Of a stretch of 64,000 nt of DNA, positions 1 to 9,282 are shown one piece after another. This DNA is from Candidatus Bathyarchaeia archaeon (GTDB lineage Archaea; Thermoproteota; Bathyarchaeia; Bathyarchaeales; Bathycorpusculaceae): positions 32,001 through 96,000 of the forward strand of contig JBEKKK010000001.1 of assembly GCA_050010755.1 (NCBI GenBank). The letters are read 5' to 3'. Positions within the stretch are counted from its first letter, which is position 1, and every line of letters starts with the position of its first letter. Position numbers and translations under genes: made by a program. The notes below the pieces were generated by a model. It was not told the DNA's origin. It did no database searches and was given only the letters and a program-made list of their open reading frames with translations.

Positions 1-2
1 CA

Positions 3-1025
3 CCTCAAACAATCCTCCAGATCGGCATAACGTTCGTCTACGTGTACGGCACGAGCCTCCTCCTCGGGCCGAACCCGATCCTCCTCATCGGCAGCCTCAT
101 ACTATTCGCCACATACATGCAGAGAATTGTCCCTCAGCTCAACTCGTTTGCCAACGTCATCGGTTCATGGGTAAACGCCTCCGCAAGCTTCGAACGAATA
201 GAAGAGATGGAAGACACCCCAATCGAAGTCAAGGACTCGCCTAACGCCAGAGACATCACAATCGAGCGAGGTGAAGTCGAGTTCAATAACGTCAACTTCG
301 GCTACACCAGCGGCATCAACGTACTCACTGACATCAGCTTCAAAGCGGAAGCCGGAGAGAAGATAGCCATACTCGGACGCACCGGCTCCGGCAAAACCTC
401 CCTCATCAACCTCATTCCCAGATTCTACGACGTCAAGTCAGGAAGCATAAAGATCGATGGAGTTGACACCAAGGATTACAAACTCACCTCCCTCCAAAAA
501 CAGATAGGACTAGTACTGCAAGACGTCCTCCTCTTCACAGGCACCATCTACAACAACATATCCCTCGGCAAACCTGACGCAACCCTAGAAGAAATCATAA
601 GCGCCGCGAAGCTCGCGAGGATACACGACTTCGTCGACTCCCTCCCCGACAAGTACGACAGCGTGGTTGGGGAGAGGGGCATAACCCTCTCTGGCGGACA
701 GAAACAGAGGGTAACCATTGCCAGGGCAATCCTGACGAACCCAAAGATACTGATCCTCGACGACTCACTATCCTTCGTCGACGCCAGAACCGAACAGGAG
801 ATCCAAGAGGCACTTGAGGAGGCGATGAAGGGGCGCACGACCTTCATTATCGCCCAGAGACTCTCCACCATCAAGAACGCTGATAAGATACTGGTCCTCG
901 AGGAGGGCAGAATCGTCGAATTCGGCACCCACAGCGAACTCATGGCCAAGGCGGGCATCTACAAGAGAGTGTACGAGACCCAGTTCCTCGATAAGACCCC
1001 CGCGTGGGACCTGGAGGCGCCCTAG
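3..1025 (+). CDS. ABC exporter ATP-binding/permease subunit 1 (5'-truncated by window edge; degenerate ATPase site)
   Basis: Walker A GRTGSGKT, signature LSGGQ, non-canonical Walker B ILILDD and switch IAQR. The frame is open back to the window edge. Confidence 0.93.
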   Translation, partial: PQTILQIGITFVYVYGTSLLLGPNPILLIGSLILFATYMQRIVPQLNSFANVIGSWVNASASFERIEEMEDTPIEVKDSPNARDITIERGEVEFNNVNFGYTSGINVLTDISFKAEAGEKIAILGRTGSGKTSLINLIPRFYDVKSGSIKIDGVDTKDYKLTSLQKQIGLVLQDVLLFTGTIYNNISLGKPDATLEEIISAAKLARIHDFVDSLPDKYDSVVGERGITLSGGQKQRVTIARAILTNPKILILDDSLSFVDARTEQEIQEALEEAMKGRTTFIIAQRLSTIKNADKILVLEEGRIVEFGTHSELMAKAGIYKRVYETQFLDKTPAWDLEAP

Positions 1026-2888
1026 ACGTCGATAGGCACCGGTGGAGGGGGGCCGGGAGGACCCGGCGGGTTCGGCGTCTTCTCGACGCTAGGAGAAGCC
1101 CAAAAGAAGCGAAACACCAGAGACAGGGATCTTCTACTCAGACTTTACAGGTACGCCGTCGCCAACCGCAGAAACTTTATCATGGCAACCATGGCCCTCA
1201 TCGCCAACTCGGCGACAACCGTGATGGTTCCCTTCATGAGTAAGCTCGTGGTGGACGACATAATCACCCCCATGAACATGGCCGGCTTCATCTGGTGGAT
1301 CCCCCTCTTCCTGGCCATAACAGCCGGCTACTACTACACGCAGTACGTTTCAACGTGGCAGATAAGAATCCTCGGCGAGAACACCGTCGCCAGGATAAGA
1401 CAGGACATAATGTCCAAGCTGCAGATCATCTCCCTCAGGTACTTCTCCGAAGGAGAGACGGGGAGAATAATAGCCAGGCCCATCAACGACGCAAACAACG
1501 TCCGGATATTCTTCAGGATGGGGTTCACCAGCATCATACAGAACGCGGGATCCCTCTTCTTAGGCATCGTCATAATATTCTTCCTAAACGTGAGACTCGC
1601 CCTGCTCGCCGTAGCGGTCATGCCCATGGCGGCTATAGCGACCTACTACCTCGGACTGTTGTCGAGGAAATACAACAGGGGCGCCTTCCTCAACACGTCG
1701 GGGATGATCTCAACCATGCAGGAGAGTCTCTCAGGGATTAAGGTCATCAAATCTTTCGTCCAACTCGACAGATTCAACAAACACTTCAACGATGAGCAGG
1801 ACAAAGTCGTGAAGCAGCGGATCCTAGCCGTCCTCGTCTCATCAATCTACCAGCCGGTCGCCTACGCCATCAGAGTCGCAGGAACAGCCCTGGTCCTCTG
1901 GTACGGGGCGATCATGACGATGAACGGCAAGATAACCCTAGGGACATTCGTCGCCTTCACCGCATTCCAGATAATGTTCTTCAACCCCATCCTAGCACTC
2001 GTCCAGGCATACGATCAGTACCAGCAGGCCATGTCCGCAACCGAGAGAATGTTCGACCTCATCGACACAAAACCAGAGGTGGAAGATCCGCCGGATGACA
2101 CAGCAGTTCAGGTCGGAAAGTCAGAGAAGCTCAACTCAGAACACGTCACCTTCGGCTACGACCCCAAGATACCAGTCATAAACGACATCAACTTCGAAAT
2201 AGACCACAACACACCGAAGCTTGCGATAGTCGGACCCACCGGCGCCGGAAAGAGCACCATCATCAACCTAATATCAAGGTTCTACGACCCGCTCAACGGC
2301 AGCATTAAACTGAATGACCAGGACATCAAAAACCTAAGAATCTCCGACCTACGAAGCCACCAAAGCATCGTCCTCCAAGACTCCTACCTATTCCCAATGT
2401 GCATCAGAGACAACATCCGCTTCGGAACGCCAGACGCGACCGATGAAATGGTCATCGAAGCAGCGAAGATGGTAGGGGCCCACGAGTTCATCATGAACCT
2501 CCCCAGAGGATACGACTACATCATCCAAGAGGGCTCTTCAAACATCTCCATCGGCCAGAGGCAGCTGATCAGCTTCGCAAGGGCCATCCTCACCAACCCC
2601 GACATCCTCATCCTAGACGAGGCCACATCCAGCATCGACCCCTACACCGAACTCGTCATACAGAACGCCCTGAAAAACCTGCTATCCAACAGACTAGTCA
2701 TAATCATAGCCCACAGACTCTCAACCATAAGACTCTGCGACGAAATCGTAGTCATCGATCACGGACGCATAGTAGAATGGGGAACCCATGAAGAACTCAT
2801 GAAGGCAGACGGAATATACTCCTCTTTCTACAAGATGCAATTCAAAGAAGAGAAGGGACTCAACATCGACTATGGAGATCCATCCTAG
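1026..2888 (+). CDS. ABC exporter ATP-binding/permease subunit 2 (TM287/288-type heterodimer partner)
   Basis: TM domain plus GPTGAGKS, ISIGQ, LDEAT, AHR. The frame is open from 1026 (Gly/Pro-rich N-terminus) but the first ATG is at 1182, so the start is uncertain. Confidence 0.9.
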   Translation, partial: TSIGTGGGGPGGPGGFGVFSTLGEAQKKRNTRDRDLLLRLYRYAVANRRNFIMATMALIANSATTVMVPFMSKLVVDDIITPMNMAGFIWWIPLFLAITAGYYYTQYVSTWQIRILGENTVARIRQDIMSKLQIISLRYFSEGETGRIIARPINDANNVRIFFRMGFTSIIQNAGSLFLGIVIIFFLNVRLALLAVAVMPMAAIATYYLGLLSRKYNRGAFLNTSGMISTMQESLSGIKVIKSFVQLDRFNKHFNDEQDKVVKQRILAVLVSSIYQPVAYAIRVAGTALVLWYGAIMTMNGKITLGTFVAFTAFQIMFFNPILALVQAYDQYQQAMSATERMFDLIDTKPEVEDPPDDTAVQVGKSEKLNSEHVTFGYDPKIPVINDINFEIDHNTPKLAIVGPTGAGKSTIINLISRFYDPLNGSIKLNDQDIKNLRISDLRSHQSIVLQDSYLFPMCIRDNIRFGTPDATDEMVIEAAKMVGAHEFIMNLPRGYDYIIQEGSSNISIGQRQLISFARAILTNPDILILDEATSSIDPYTELVIQNALKNLLSNRLVIIIAHRLSTIRLCDEIVVIDHGRIVEWGTHEELMKADGIYSSFYKMQFKEEKGLNIDYGDPS

Positions 2889-3179
2889 CATCCCTAGAGC
2901 GCACTCGTTCAGTAACCCCACTGTCCAGAAGCGCGCGAATTAGCTATGCAGTAGCTTGTTGGCAACACGCTAATCTACCTACAACTAATCAGCACAAAAA
3001 AGACGGTTCGCGCCCGCCTCCCATGCATTCCAACCTATTTCGTTCTTCAACGCTCCGATGGTTAGGTTGATGGACAAGAAGCTTTTACCAAGATAGATCT
3101 TTACAACAAATTTGCGTGCCCAGTCAAAACATCATGTCGGAAATAGTTGTGTTGAGTTAATCACTTCTGAAATCCACGT

Positions 3180-4019
3180 TTAGCGAGTTGCGAGTCGGAC
3201 AATCAAGTATAAAACGAACACTATGCTGGTTATGAAGAAACTCACCGGATACGGTTCATAAAACGCAATGAATAGTCCCAGCCACGTTGCCATCAATGCA
3301 ATAGCCACGGAGATTATTACGGCGTGCTGCGGTCGTTTTGTCAATCTCTGGGCGATTGCAGCCGGCGTGACCATTAACGAGAAAATGAGAAGCACCCCGA
3401 CTACCTGAACGGAAATCGATGTCGCAACCGCAACCAAGAGCATGAAAATAACGCCGAGCAAGAGCATCGGCATTCCTTTTGCCTCTGCAACATCCTCATC
3501 AAGCGACGCAAACAAGAGCGGCCGATACACAACAGCAATTACAACCAAAATCACCAAGCTGACAAACAATGTCAACAGAACATCGCTACTACTGATGCCC
3601 AGTATTTCCCCGAACAAGATAGAATAGGCTTCCGTCGCATAGCCCGTGTACAGGCTAATAAACAGCACTCCCAAGCCGAGCATGAACGCGAGAACTGTCC
3701 CGATTTGAACATCCCGATTCGCCGCCCGCGGACCAAGCACAGCAATCCCAAATCCGCCGACGCTAGTAAACGCCAAAAGACCGAAAACGGGATTAACACC
3801 CAACAACACGGCGCCTGCAGCTCCAGCGAAACCAATATGCGAAAGAGCATGCGCTGCAAAGGACGAACGACGCAACACCACAAAGTATCCCACTATACCT
3901 GCAATAATCGCGACTATTGTCCCGGCCTCGAAGGCATGCTGCATAAACTGGTACTGAAATATCTGCAGCAAGCCGGCCTGTAAATTAATGCTTAACTCCC
4001 CCATACAATTCATCAGCAT
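3180..4019 (-). CDS. znuB: Zn/Mn ABC importer permease (ZnuB-like)
   Basis: Multi-TM protein with ALSHIGFAG and DEDVA motifs, in an operon with the ATPase and binding protein. Confidence 0.88.
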   Translation of the reverse strand: MLMNCMGELSINLQAGLLQIFQYQFMQHAFEAGTIVAIIAGIVGYFVVLRRSSFAAHALSHIGFAGAAGAVLLGVNPVFGLLAFTSVGGFGIAVLGPRAANRDVQIGTVLAFMLGLGVLFISLYTGYATEAYSILFGEILGISSSDVLLTLFVSLVILVVIAVVYRPLLFASLDEDVAEAKGMPMLLLGVIFMLLVAVATSISVQVVGVLLIFSLMVTPAAIAQRLTKRPQHAVIISVAIALMATWLGLFIAFYEPYPVSFFITSIVFVLYLIVRLATR

Positions 4020-4833
4020 GGTGATCTTCAGTCCCTGTGCCTATTATTGCCACATTGCCCTTGGAATCATGCATAACCTCAACTTGAACCCCGTACAAAG
4101 CCGTGAGACACTCCGACGTCAGAACGTCTTTCGGCCTCCCAGTTGCCACCCTGCCGTTGGCAATATAGATCACGTTATCCAGAAAAGGCAGAAGAGGATT
4201 GATGTCGTGGGCCACCAGAAACGCTGTCACGCTGCGCGATCTAACCACATTGTTGATAAGCTGAACCAATTCCCTCCCGCGCCCAATATCAAGATTCGAC
4301 AACGGCTCATCAAGCAATAATATGCGCGGGTTGCTCACCAACGCCTCAGCCAGAAATATCCTCTGCAATTCACCCCCCGACAACGCATTGAGAGATCGGT
4401 GCGCCAACCCGCCAGCTCCAACAGCTCGCAACGAGTCAAAAGCCACTTCGCAGTCGTCTTGAGAGAATAGGCTGAAACCCCACCGTTTGCCAGAGATCGC
4501 CAGCCGCACCAATTCCAGACATTCAATATTCGTTTCACTGTCAATCATGTGCCGCTGAGGCACGTAACCAATCTGCGGATTGCCACGCCTGGGCCGACCG
4601 TTAAAAATCCTAATAGCGCCGCTGATGGGCTGCTGCAACCCAAGCAGAAGTCGAAACAGAGTTGTCTTGCCCGCCCCGTTAGGGCCTATAACCGCCACAA
4701 ACTCCCCACGACCAACAGCAAAACTAGCGTCACGCCAAACTTCGCGGTCCCCGTAACCAGCCACCACGTTTTCAGCCGTAACAATCCCAGAAGACATCGT
4801 AACCGAAAATTTCTCGGGCTCTACTGCACTCAT
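3985..4833 (-). CDS. znuC: Zn/Mn ABC importer ATPase (ZnuC-like)
   Basis: GPNGAGKTT, GYVPQ, LSGGE, LLLDEP, His pair near the C-terminus. Confidence 0.9.
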   Translation of the reverse strand: MSAVEPEKFSVTMSSGIVTAENVVAGYGDREVWRDASFAVGRGEFVAVIGPNGAGKTTLFRLLLGLQQPISGAIRIFNGRPRRGNPQIGYVPQRHMIDSETNIECLELVRLAISGKRWGFSLFSQDDCEVAFDSLRAVGAGGLAHRSLNALSGGELQRIFLAEALVSNPRILLLDEPLSNLDIGRGRELVQLINNVVRSRSVTAFLVAHDINPLLPFLDNVIYIANGRVATGRPKDVLTSECLTALYGVQVEVMHDSKGNVAIIGTGTEDHHADELYGGVKH

Positions 4834-4848
4834 TAGGCATCGTCACCG

Positions 4849-5769
4849 CTACTGTCTAAGGGCAAGCGCATTCTGAAGACTGATCAATTCTGCGCTCATC
4901 CAATCTTGGAACAAAAGTTCGGGCGGTTGTATGGTTTCTGTCACACCAACCGTCGTGACGTTGTTTTGGGCGGCTAACGCCTTCATATTATCCGTGAGAG
5001 GCGTCACCGTTTGATTATTGTACACTAGCACTCTTAAGCTTCCGCTCTGAAGCTGCTGCTGAAACTCCACCACGCTCTGTGCCGGCGGATCATTTCCTTC
5101 TGACACAGCTTGCATAAACGCAGGAGGAGAGACGAGATCTAGACCCGTCGCATTTGCTAGATACTCAAAGATGCTCTCTGTAGACGCCACTTCGGTGCCT
5201 GCGAATTGCTGTCTGATCTCATCGATTCGCCCGTTATACACTCCGAGCGACGCATTCAGACTAACATACTGTTGATTATAATAGCCTGCATCAGCAGGAT
5301 CAAGAGAAACAAGATCGGAACACATCTGATGCACAGTTTCATTCACGTACGAAGGAGAATACCAAAAATGAGGGTTATCGCCTTCCTTCTTTCCGAGAAG
5401 ATTAGCCACGTTCAACACCTTTTGATTGGGATTATTGCTCGCCGAAATAAGCTTGAGAGCCCAATCGTCATACCCAGCCCCGTTGACGATTACATAGTTT
5501 GCATTTGCGATTGCCCGCGCATCCGTAATGCTGCTTTCATATTCATGAGGATCAGCATTGGGATCCGTAACGATGCTCAATACCTGGACATGCGCTCCTC
5601 CAAGCTGAAGCACCAGACTGCCCCAGAAATTTTCACCAGCAACTATTTGCAACTTTGTTGGAGTTGAACCTGATGTGGATCTATCTAAGATGTAAGAACC
5701 TGTGAGTATAGCTGCAGCCAAAACTACAACTGCCAAGACCACAACGGCCACATACGTGATTTTCTGCAA
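4849..5769 (-). CDS. znuA: Zn/Mn ABC substrate-binding protein (ZnuA/TroA family)
   Basis: N-terminal membrane anchor; DPHEYE and NPHFW metal-ligand motifs. Confidence 0.88.
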   Translation of the reverse strand: MQKITYVAVVVLAVVVLAAAILTGSYILDRSTSGSTPTKLQIVAGENFWGSLVLQLGGAHVQVLSIVTDPNADPHEYESSITDARAIANANYVIVNGAGYDDWALKLISASNNPNQKVLNVANLLGKKEGDNPHFWYSPSYVNETVHQMCSDLVSLDPADAGYYNQQYVSLNASLGVYNGRIDEIRQQFAGTEVASTESIFEYLANATGLDLVSPPAFMQAVSEGNDPPAQSVVEFQQQLQSGSLRVLVYNNQTVTPLTDNMKALAAQNNVTTVGVTETIQPPELLFQDWMSAELISLQNALALRQ

Positions 5770-5804
5770 TCACAACGCCCTCCACAAATCTTCCTTTAAC
5801 GCGA

Positions 5805-5865
5805 TTATTGATTTCTGTTATCAATAAGACAATATATAAATATTGTTGATTGCCATTATCAATAA
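5805..5865. promoter_or_regulatory. Two Fur/Zur-type operators flanking a shared TATA element
   Basis: TTATTGAT-N7-ATCAATAA (5805-5827) and TTGTTGAT-N7-ATCAATAA (5843-5865) either side of ATATATAAA (5832-5840), between divergent znuA and fur. Confidence 0.8.
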
Positions 5866-5871
5866 GAGAAC

Positions 5872-6297
5872 ATGCCAAAACTGTCGAGAAAGACAAAACA
5901 GAAAGAACTCTTGAAATCGGAAATTGAAAAGATTGATACCTTCTTCACCGCCGACGATTTGCTCAAAAGAATCAAAGAGAAAGACAAAGAAATAGGCATA
6001 GCCACGATTTACAGGTTTCTGAACGAGTTAAAGACTGAAAGAAAAATTCATTGCTATTTTTGTGACGGAAGAGTCACATACTCCAATGACAAAAAGAATC
6101 ACTGCCACTTTGTGTGCATGAAATGTAACAGCTTGACACACTTCGACGTTGACAACATAGACTTCGTGAAGAAGAAGATTGATGGTGAAATGTATCATTT
6201 CCAAATAGAAGTCCATGGAATCTGCAACGACTGTTTAAAGAAAGAATCATCAAGCGCGCGAAACGAAAAACAAACAGTGTCAGGCAAAAATTTTTAG
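5872..6297 (+). CDS. Fur/Zur family metal-responsive regulator
   Basis: IGIATIYRFL helix, HCHFVCMKC and GICNDC motifs. Confidence 0.92.
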   Translation: MPKLSRKTKQKELLKSEIEKIDTFFTADDLLKRIKEKDKEIGIATIYRFLNELKTERKIHCYFCDGRVTYSNDKKNHCHFVCMKCNSLTHFDVDNIDFVKKKIDGEMYHFQIEVHGICNDCLKKESSSARNEKQTVSGKNF

Positions 6298-6678
6298 AGT
6301 ATTGTGCCGTAAATCATCTGTCTTAGAATTCTCAGAATTAGCAATCTGAGAAATAACGGCAACCTACGATAAGAAGGGTACAAAACAATCTCCACGTAAT
6401 CTCTAAACAGCATCTGTTTCTTCCTTCTATCTTTTGCCAATCTCAACTGGAACGCTGTTGTATTCAAACCCTGCGGCTAACTCCTTCAATCGTACATCAA
6501 CTACTCGGGCATTCAAGGTACCACGTTTAGCTTCCTTGTTATAGCCATGACGATCATTTTCATTCTCATTCTGTTTCTCCGCGCGCCCATTTCTAATGAA
6601 GCAGCAGAGGAAGCAGCAAAGAAGAAATTCGGCAAAATATGGCTGAAAAGCCAAAAATAAGCTCAAATTTAGGGCCTT

Positions 6679-6786
6679 TGGTGCCGAGGGCCGGGTTTGA
6701 ACCAGCGACGACTCGGTCTTCAGCTTCGCCCCCAACGCAAAGAAATGCGATGAGTCGAGCGCTCTCCCAGGCTGAGCTACCTCGGC
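6679..6786 (-). tRNA. tRNA-Phe(GAA) with 31-nt intron at position 30/31; CCA encoded
   Basis: Acceptor GCCGAGG/CCTCGGC-A-CCA, T-arm GCTGG-TTCAAAC-CCGGC. Removing 6725-6755 gives anticodon arm CTCGG-CTGAAGA-CCGAG, and the junctions form a full BHB motif. Confidence 0.93.
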
Positions 6787-7019
6787 ACTCTGGAATACCT
6801 CTGATACTTTACTCAGTTACGTTTTCTCAGAAATATTAATGTATCTTTTTGATAGAAGGCACCAAAGGTCGCTTCTAACAATGTTTTGACTTCTTCCGGT
6901 TTTCCGCCACGTTGAAGGTGACTCATCGTTGGGCGACGCGCTGCTACGGTGCGGCCAGATGTTAGATCTGCGAAAGTTAATCAGTCAAAGCGGAGGAGTA
7001 AATATCAGAGGACTGAAGG

Positions 7020-7934
7020 ATGGCGCAGTATCGCATTGGAACCGGCGGCTGGGCTTACTTCAATGCTCAAGGTAGGTCCTCATTGAAGGCATATTCTAAA
7101 ATATTCAACTTCGTAGAGGTGAATTACACTTTCTACGAGTACCCAACGCAAAGAATGGTCGAACACTGGCGAGGATCAGTTCCGAAAGATTTCACGTTCA
7201 CAGTCCGGTGTCACCGAGACCTCACCCACAGGATCGGTTTGAAACCCGTCGAACATGCGTACAACGTTTTCAACCAGATGATCCAATTTTGCAGAGTCCT
7301 TGAAGCTCCGTTCTTGCATCTGGAAACGCCCAGGAGCTACAGCCTTGAAAAACCCGCCCTGGAACAGGCAAGGGATTTCTTTTCAACAATCAGTCTCAAA
7401 GGTGTACGGCTGGCATGGGAACTGAGAAGCCCAATAACCGAAGAAACTAGCAAGCTAATGCAGAATTTTGGCATAGTGCACAGCGTTGACCTGTCAAGAG
7501 AGCAACCAACCTATGGCTCAGATACGGTGTACACAAGGCTATTCGGAAAGGGCGAACACAACATCTACCAATTCACGGACGAGGAACTCGTTAACATCAA
7601 TCAAAAAATCGCGAAATCGGAAGCCAAAACTGTTATCGCCTCTTTTCACGGAGTCAGAATGAACACGGACGCCTTGAGGTTCAAGCAATACAAAGAATCG
7701 GGAATCTTTCCAACCGTCACACCATTCGTCGGAGCAGAATCCGCCCGTTCAGTCCTACAAGAGGACGCCGTGTTCCCCTCCTCAAAACAAGAACTGATCA
7801 AAGATCAAGGCTGGAAAATTATCGATCTCACAACCGAAAAGAGAGTGCGCCTCTCAGAAAAGCTCGCAGATATCCCCGAAAGAATCTACAACAGCCTAGA
7901 CGAGGTTGTTCAAACGTTGGAGACCAGCTCATGA
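7020..7934 (+). CDS. DUF72 family protein with extra C-terminal domain
   Basis: IGTGGW, VEVNYTFY, Y-x-R-L-F-G. The ~60-aa C-terminal FPSSKQEL...YNSLDEV segment resembles DUF2795. Confidence 0.8.
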   Translation: MAQYRIGTGGWAYFNAQGRSSLKAYSKIFNFVEVNYTFYEYPTQRMVEHWRGSVPKDFTFTVRCHRDLTHRIGLKPVEHAYNVFNQMIQFCRVLEAPFLHLETPRSYSLEKPALEQARDFFSTISLKGVRLAWELRSPITEETSKLMQNFGIVHSVDLSREQPTYGSDTVYTRLFGKGEHNIYQFTDEELVNINQKIAKSEAKTVIASFHGVRMNTDALRFKQYKESGIFPTVTPFVGAESARSVLQEDAVFPSSKQELIKDQGWKIIDLTTEKRVRLSEKLADIPERIYNSLDEVVQTLETSS

Positions 7935-8752
7935 GCAAGAACAACATCCTTCTCGGCACATCGGGATGGAGCTACGAAGAATGGGAAGGACCATTCTACC
8001 AGGAAGGAGAAAAAAGGAAGCTCAGAGCCTACACCAAAGTGTTCTCAACAGTCGAGATTGACTCAACGTGGTACCGATACCCCACAAAGGGAACAGTCAT
8101 GGGATGGCTGAAATACTCACCATCAGAGTTCGTGTACACCGCCAAAATGCCCAAACTCATCACCCACGAGAAGAAACTAGGCCTCAAAGGAAACATAGAC
8201 GCAGATCTGAAAGCCTTCTCCGAACTAATGTTGCCCCTCCAACAGAGCGGAAAACTCGCCTGCCTTCTCATCCAGCTCCCCCCAAGCTACACCTACAACC
8301 CTGAGAACCTAGAGTCATTCTTTCAAACGCTCGACCCAAGGTTCAGGTTCGCCGTCGAATTCAGACACCTCTCCTGGATGAGAGAAGAGACCTGGCAACT
8401 CCTAAACAAGCACAAAATAGCCTACACCAACGTTGACGAGCCGCTGCTACCTCCCGACGTCCACCTGACAACCGATTTTTCATACTTCCGATGGCACGGC
8501 AGAGGCAAAAAACCGTGGTTTGATTATTATTACACCGAGGAGCAGCTCGACGAGTGGATCCCCAGATTGAAGGAAGCCGCCGGAAAAATCAACAAGGTCT
8601 ATGGATACTTCAACAATCACTTTCACGGATACGCCCCCGAAAACTGCCTACACATGATTCGAAAGCTCGGACTAATCACAGAACAACAAAAAAAGATCGA
8701 AGAAAGAACACGAGCAAAACAAGCAAACCTAGGCGACTTCTTCAAAAGCTAG
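7931..8752 (+). CDS. DUF72 family protein with C-terminal PIP box
   Basis: LGTSGWSY, VEIDSTWY, LIQLPPS, AVEFRH, YFRWHG, YFNN; ends QANLGDFFKS. Confidence 0.9.
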   Translation: MSKNNILLGTSGWSYEEWEGPFYQEGEKRKLRAYTKVFSTVEIDSTWYRYPTKGTVMGWLKYSPSEFVYTAKMPKLITHEKKLGLKGNIDADLKAFSELMLPLQQSGKLACLLIQLPPSYTYNPENLESFFQTLDPRFRFAVEFRHLSWMREETWQLLNKHKIAYTNVDEPLLPPDVHLTTDFSYFRWHGRGKKPWFDYYYTEEQLDEWIPRLKEAAGKINKVYGYFNNHFHGYAPENCLHMIRKLGLITEQQKKIEERTRAKQANLGDFFKS

Positions 8753-8778
8753 CTGCTCCAAGCACTCGGCAACCGTGA

Positions 8779-8867
8779 GGAAAGAGGTGCAAGCTTTCTC
8801 CTTTCTGCATAAGGGAGAAGGGAAAGAAGAACAATGTAAGTGGTCTGCTTGCACCTCTAGTTTTCCC
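8779..8867. ncRNA. Candidate structured small RNA
   Basis: Perfect 12-bp stem AGAGGTGCAAGC (8783-8794)/GCTTGCACCTCT (8847-8858) enclosing a 9-bp inner hairpin, with a TATA-like TTTTAAG on the minus strand ~20-25 nt upstream. Confidence 0.4.
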
Positions 8868-9045
8868 AATTTGGACATGATCGCTTAAAAGGTTTGTGAC
8901 ACATTGTTTCATAGGTTTCAGTCGCCCACCTTGTTCGCAGTGCAGGCTGAAGGCGGGAACAGGTGGATCGATTCTTGGAATACGTGATTCTGATTTTGTG
9001 ATTCAAAAAGACGGGAGAGCGGTCGACAAGGATTTTGAGAAGTGA

Positions 9046-9180
9046 CTAGAAAAGCAGAAAATGAATAACCCCATAGCCGATAACGGCGAACACCAAAGAG
9101 ATTAAAGTCAAAAGAACCCTGTCAATCCTCTGTTCCTCATCGAGTTTTCCATCAGCACGGGAGAGGCTCATGTTGCTCAC
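9046..9180 (-). CDS. Small single-TM protein (44 aa), absent from the ORF track
   Basis: MSNMSLSRADGKLDEEQRIDRVLLTLISLVFAVIGYGVIHFLLF; GTG start with AGGAGAG just upstream. Confidence 0.5.
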   Translation of the reverse strand: MSNMSLSRADGKLDEEQRIDRVLLTLISLVFAVIGYGVIHFLLF

Positions 9181-9282
9181 ATCTCTCCTGTTTAAAGCTC
9201 TCAAGGAAAGGTTTTATGAAGCTAAAATACTTATTTCAGAACCCTGAAGCCGCGGATTTCAAGTGCTCAACAGGGTCCAAGC

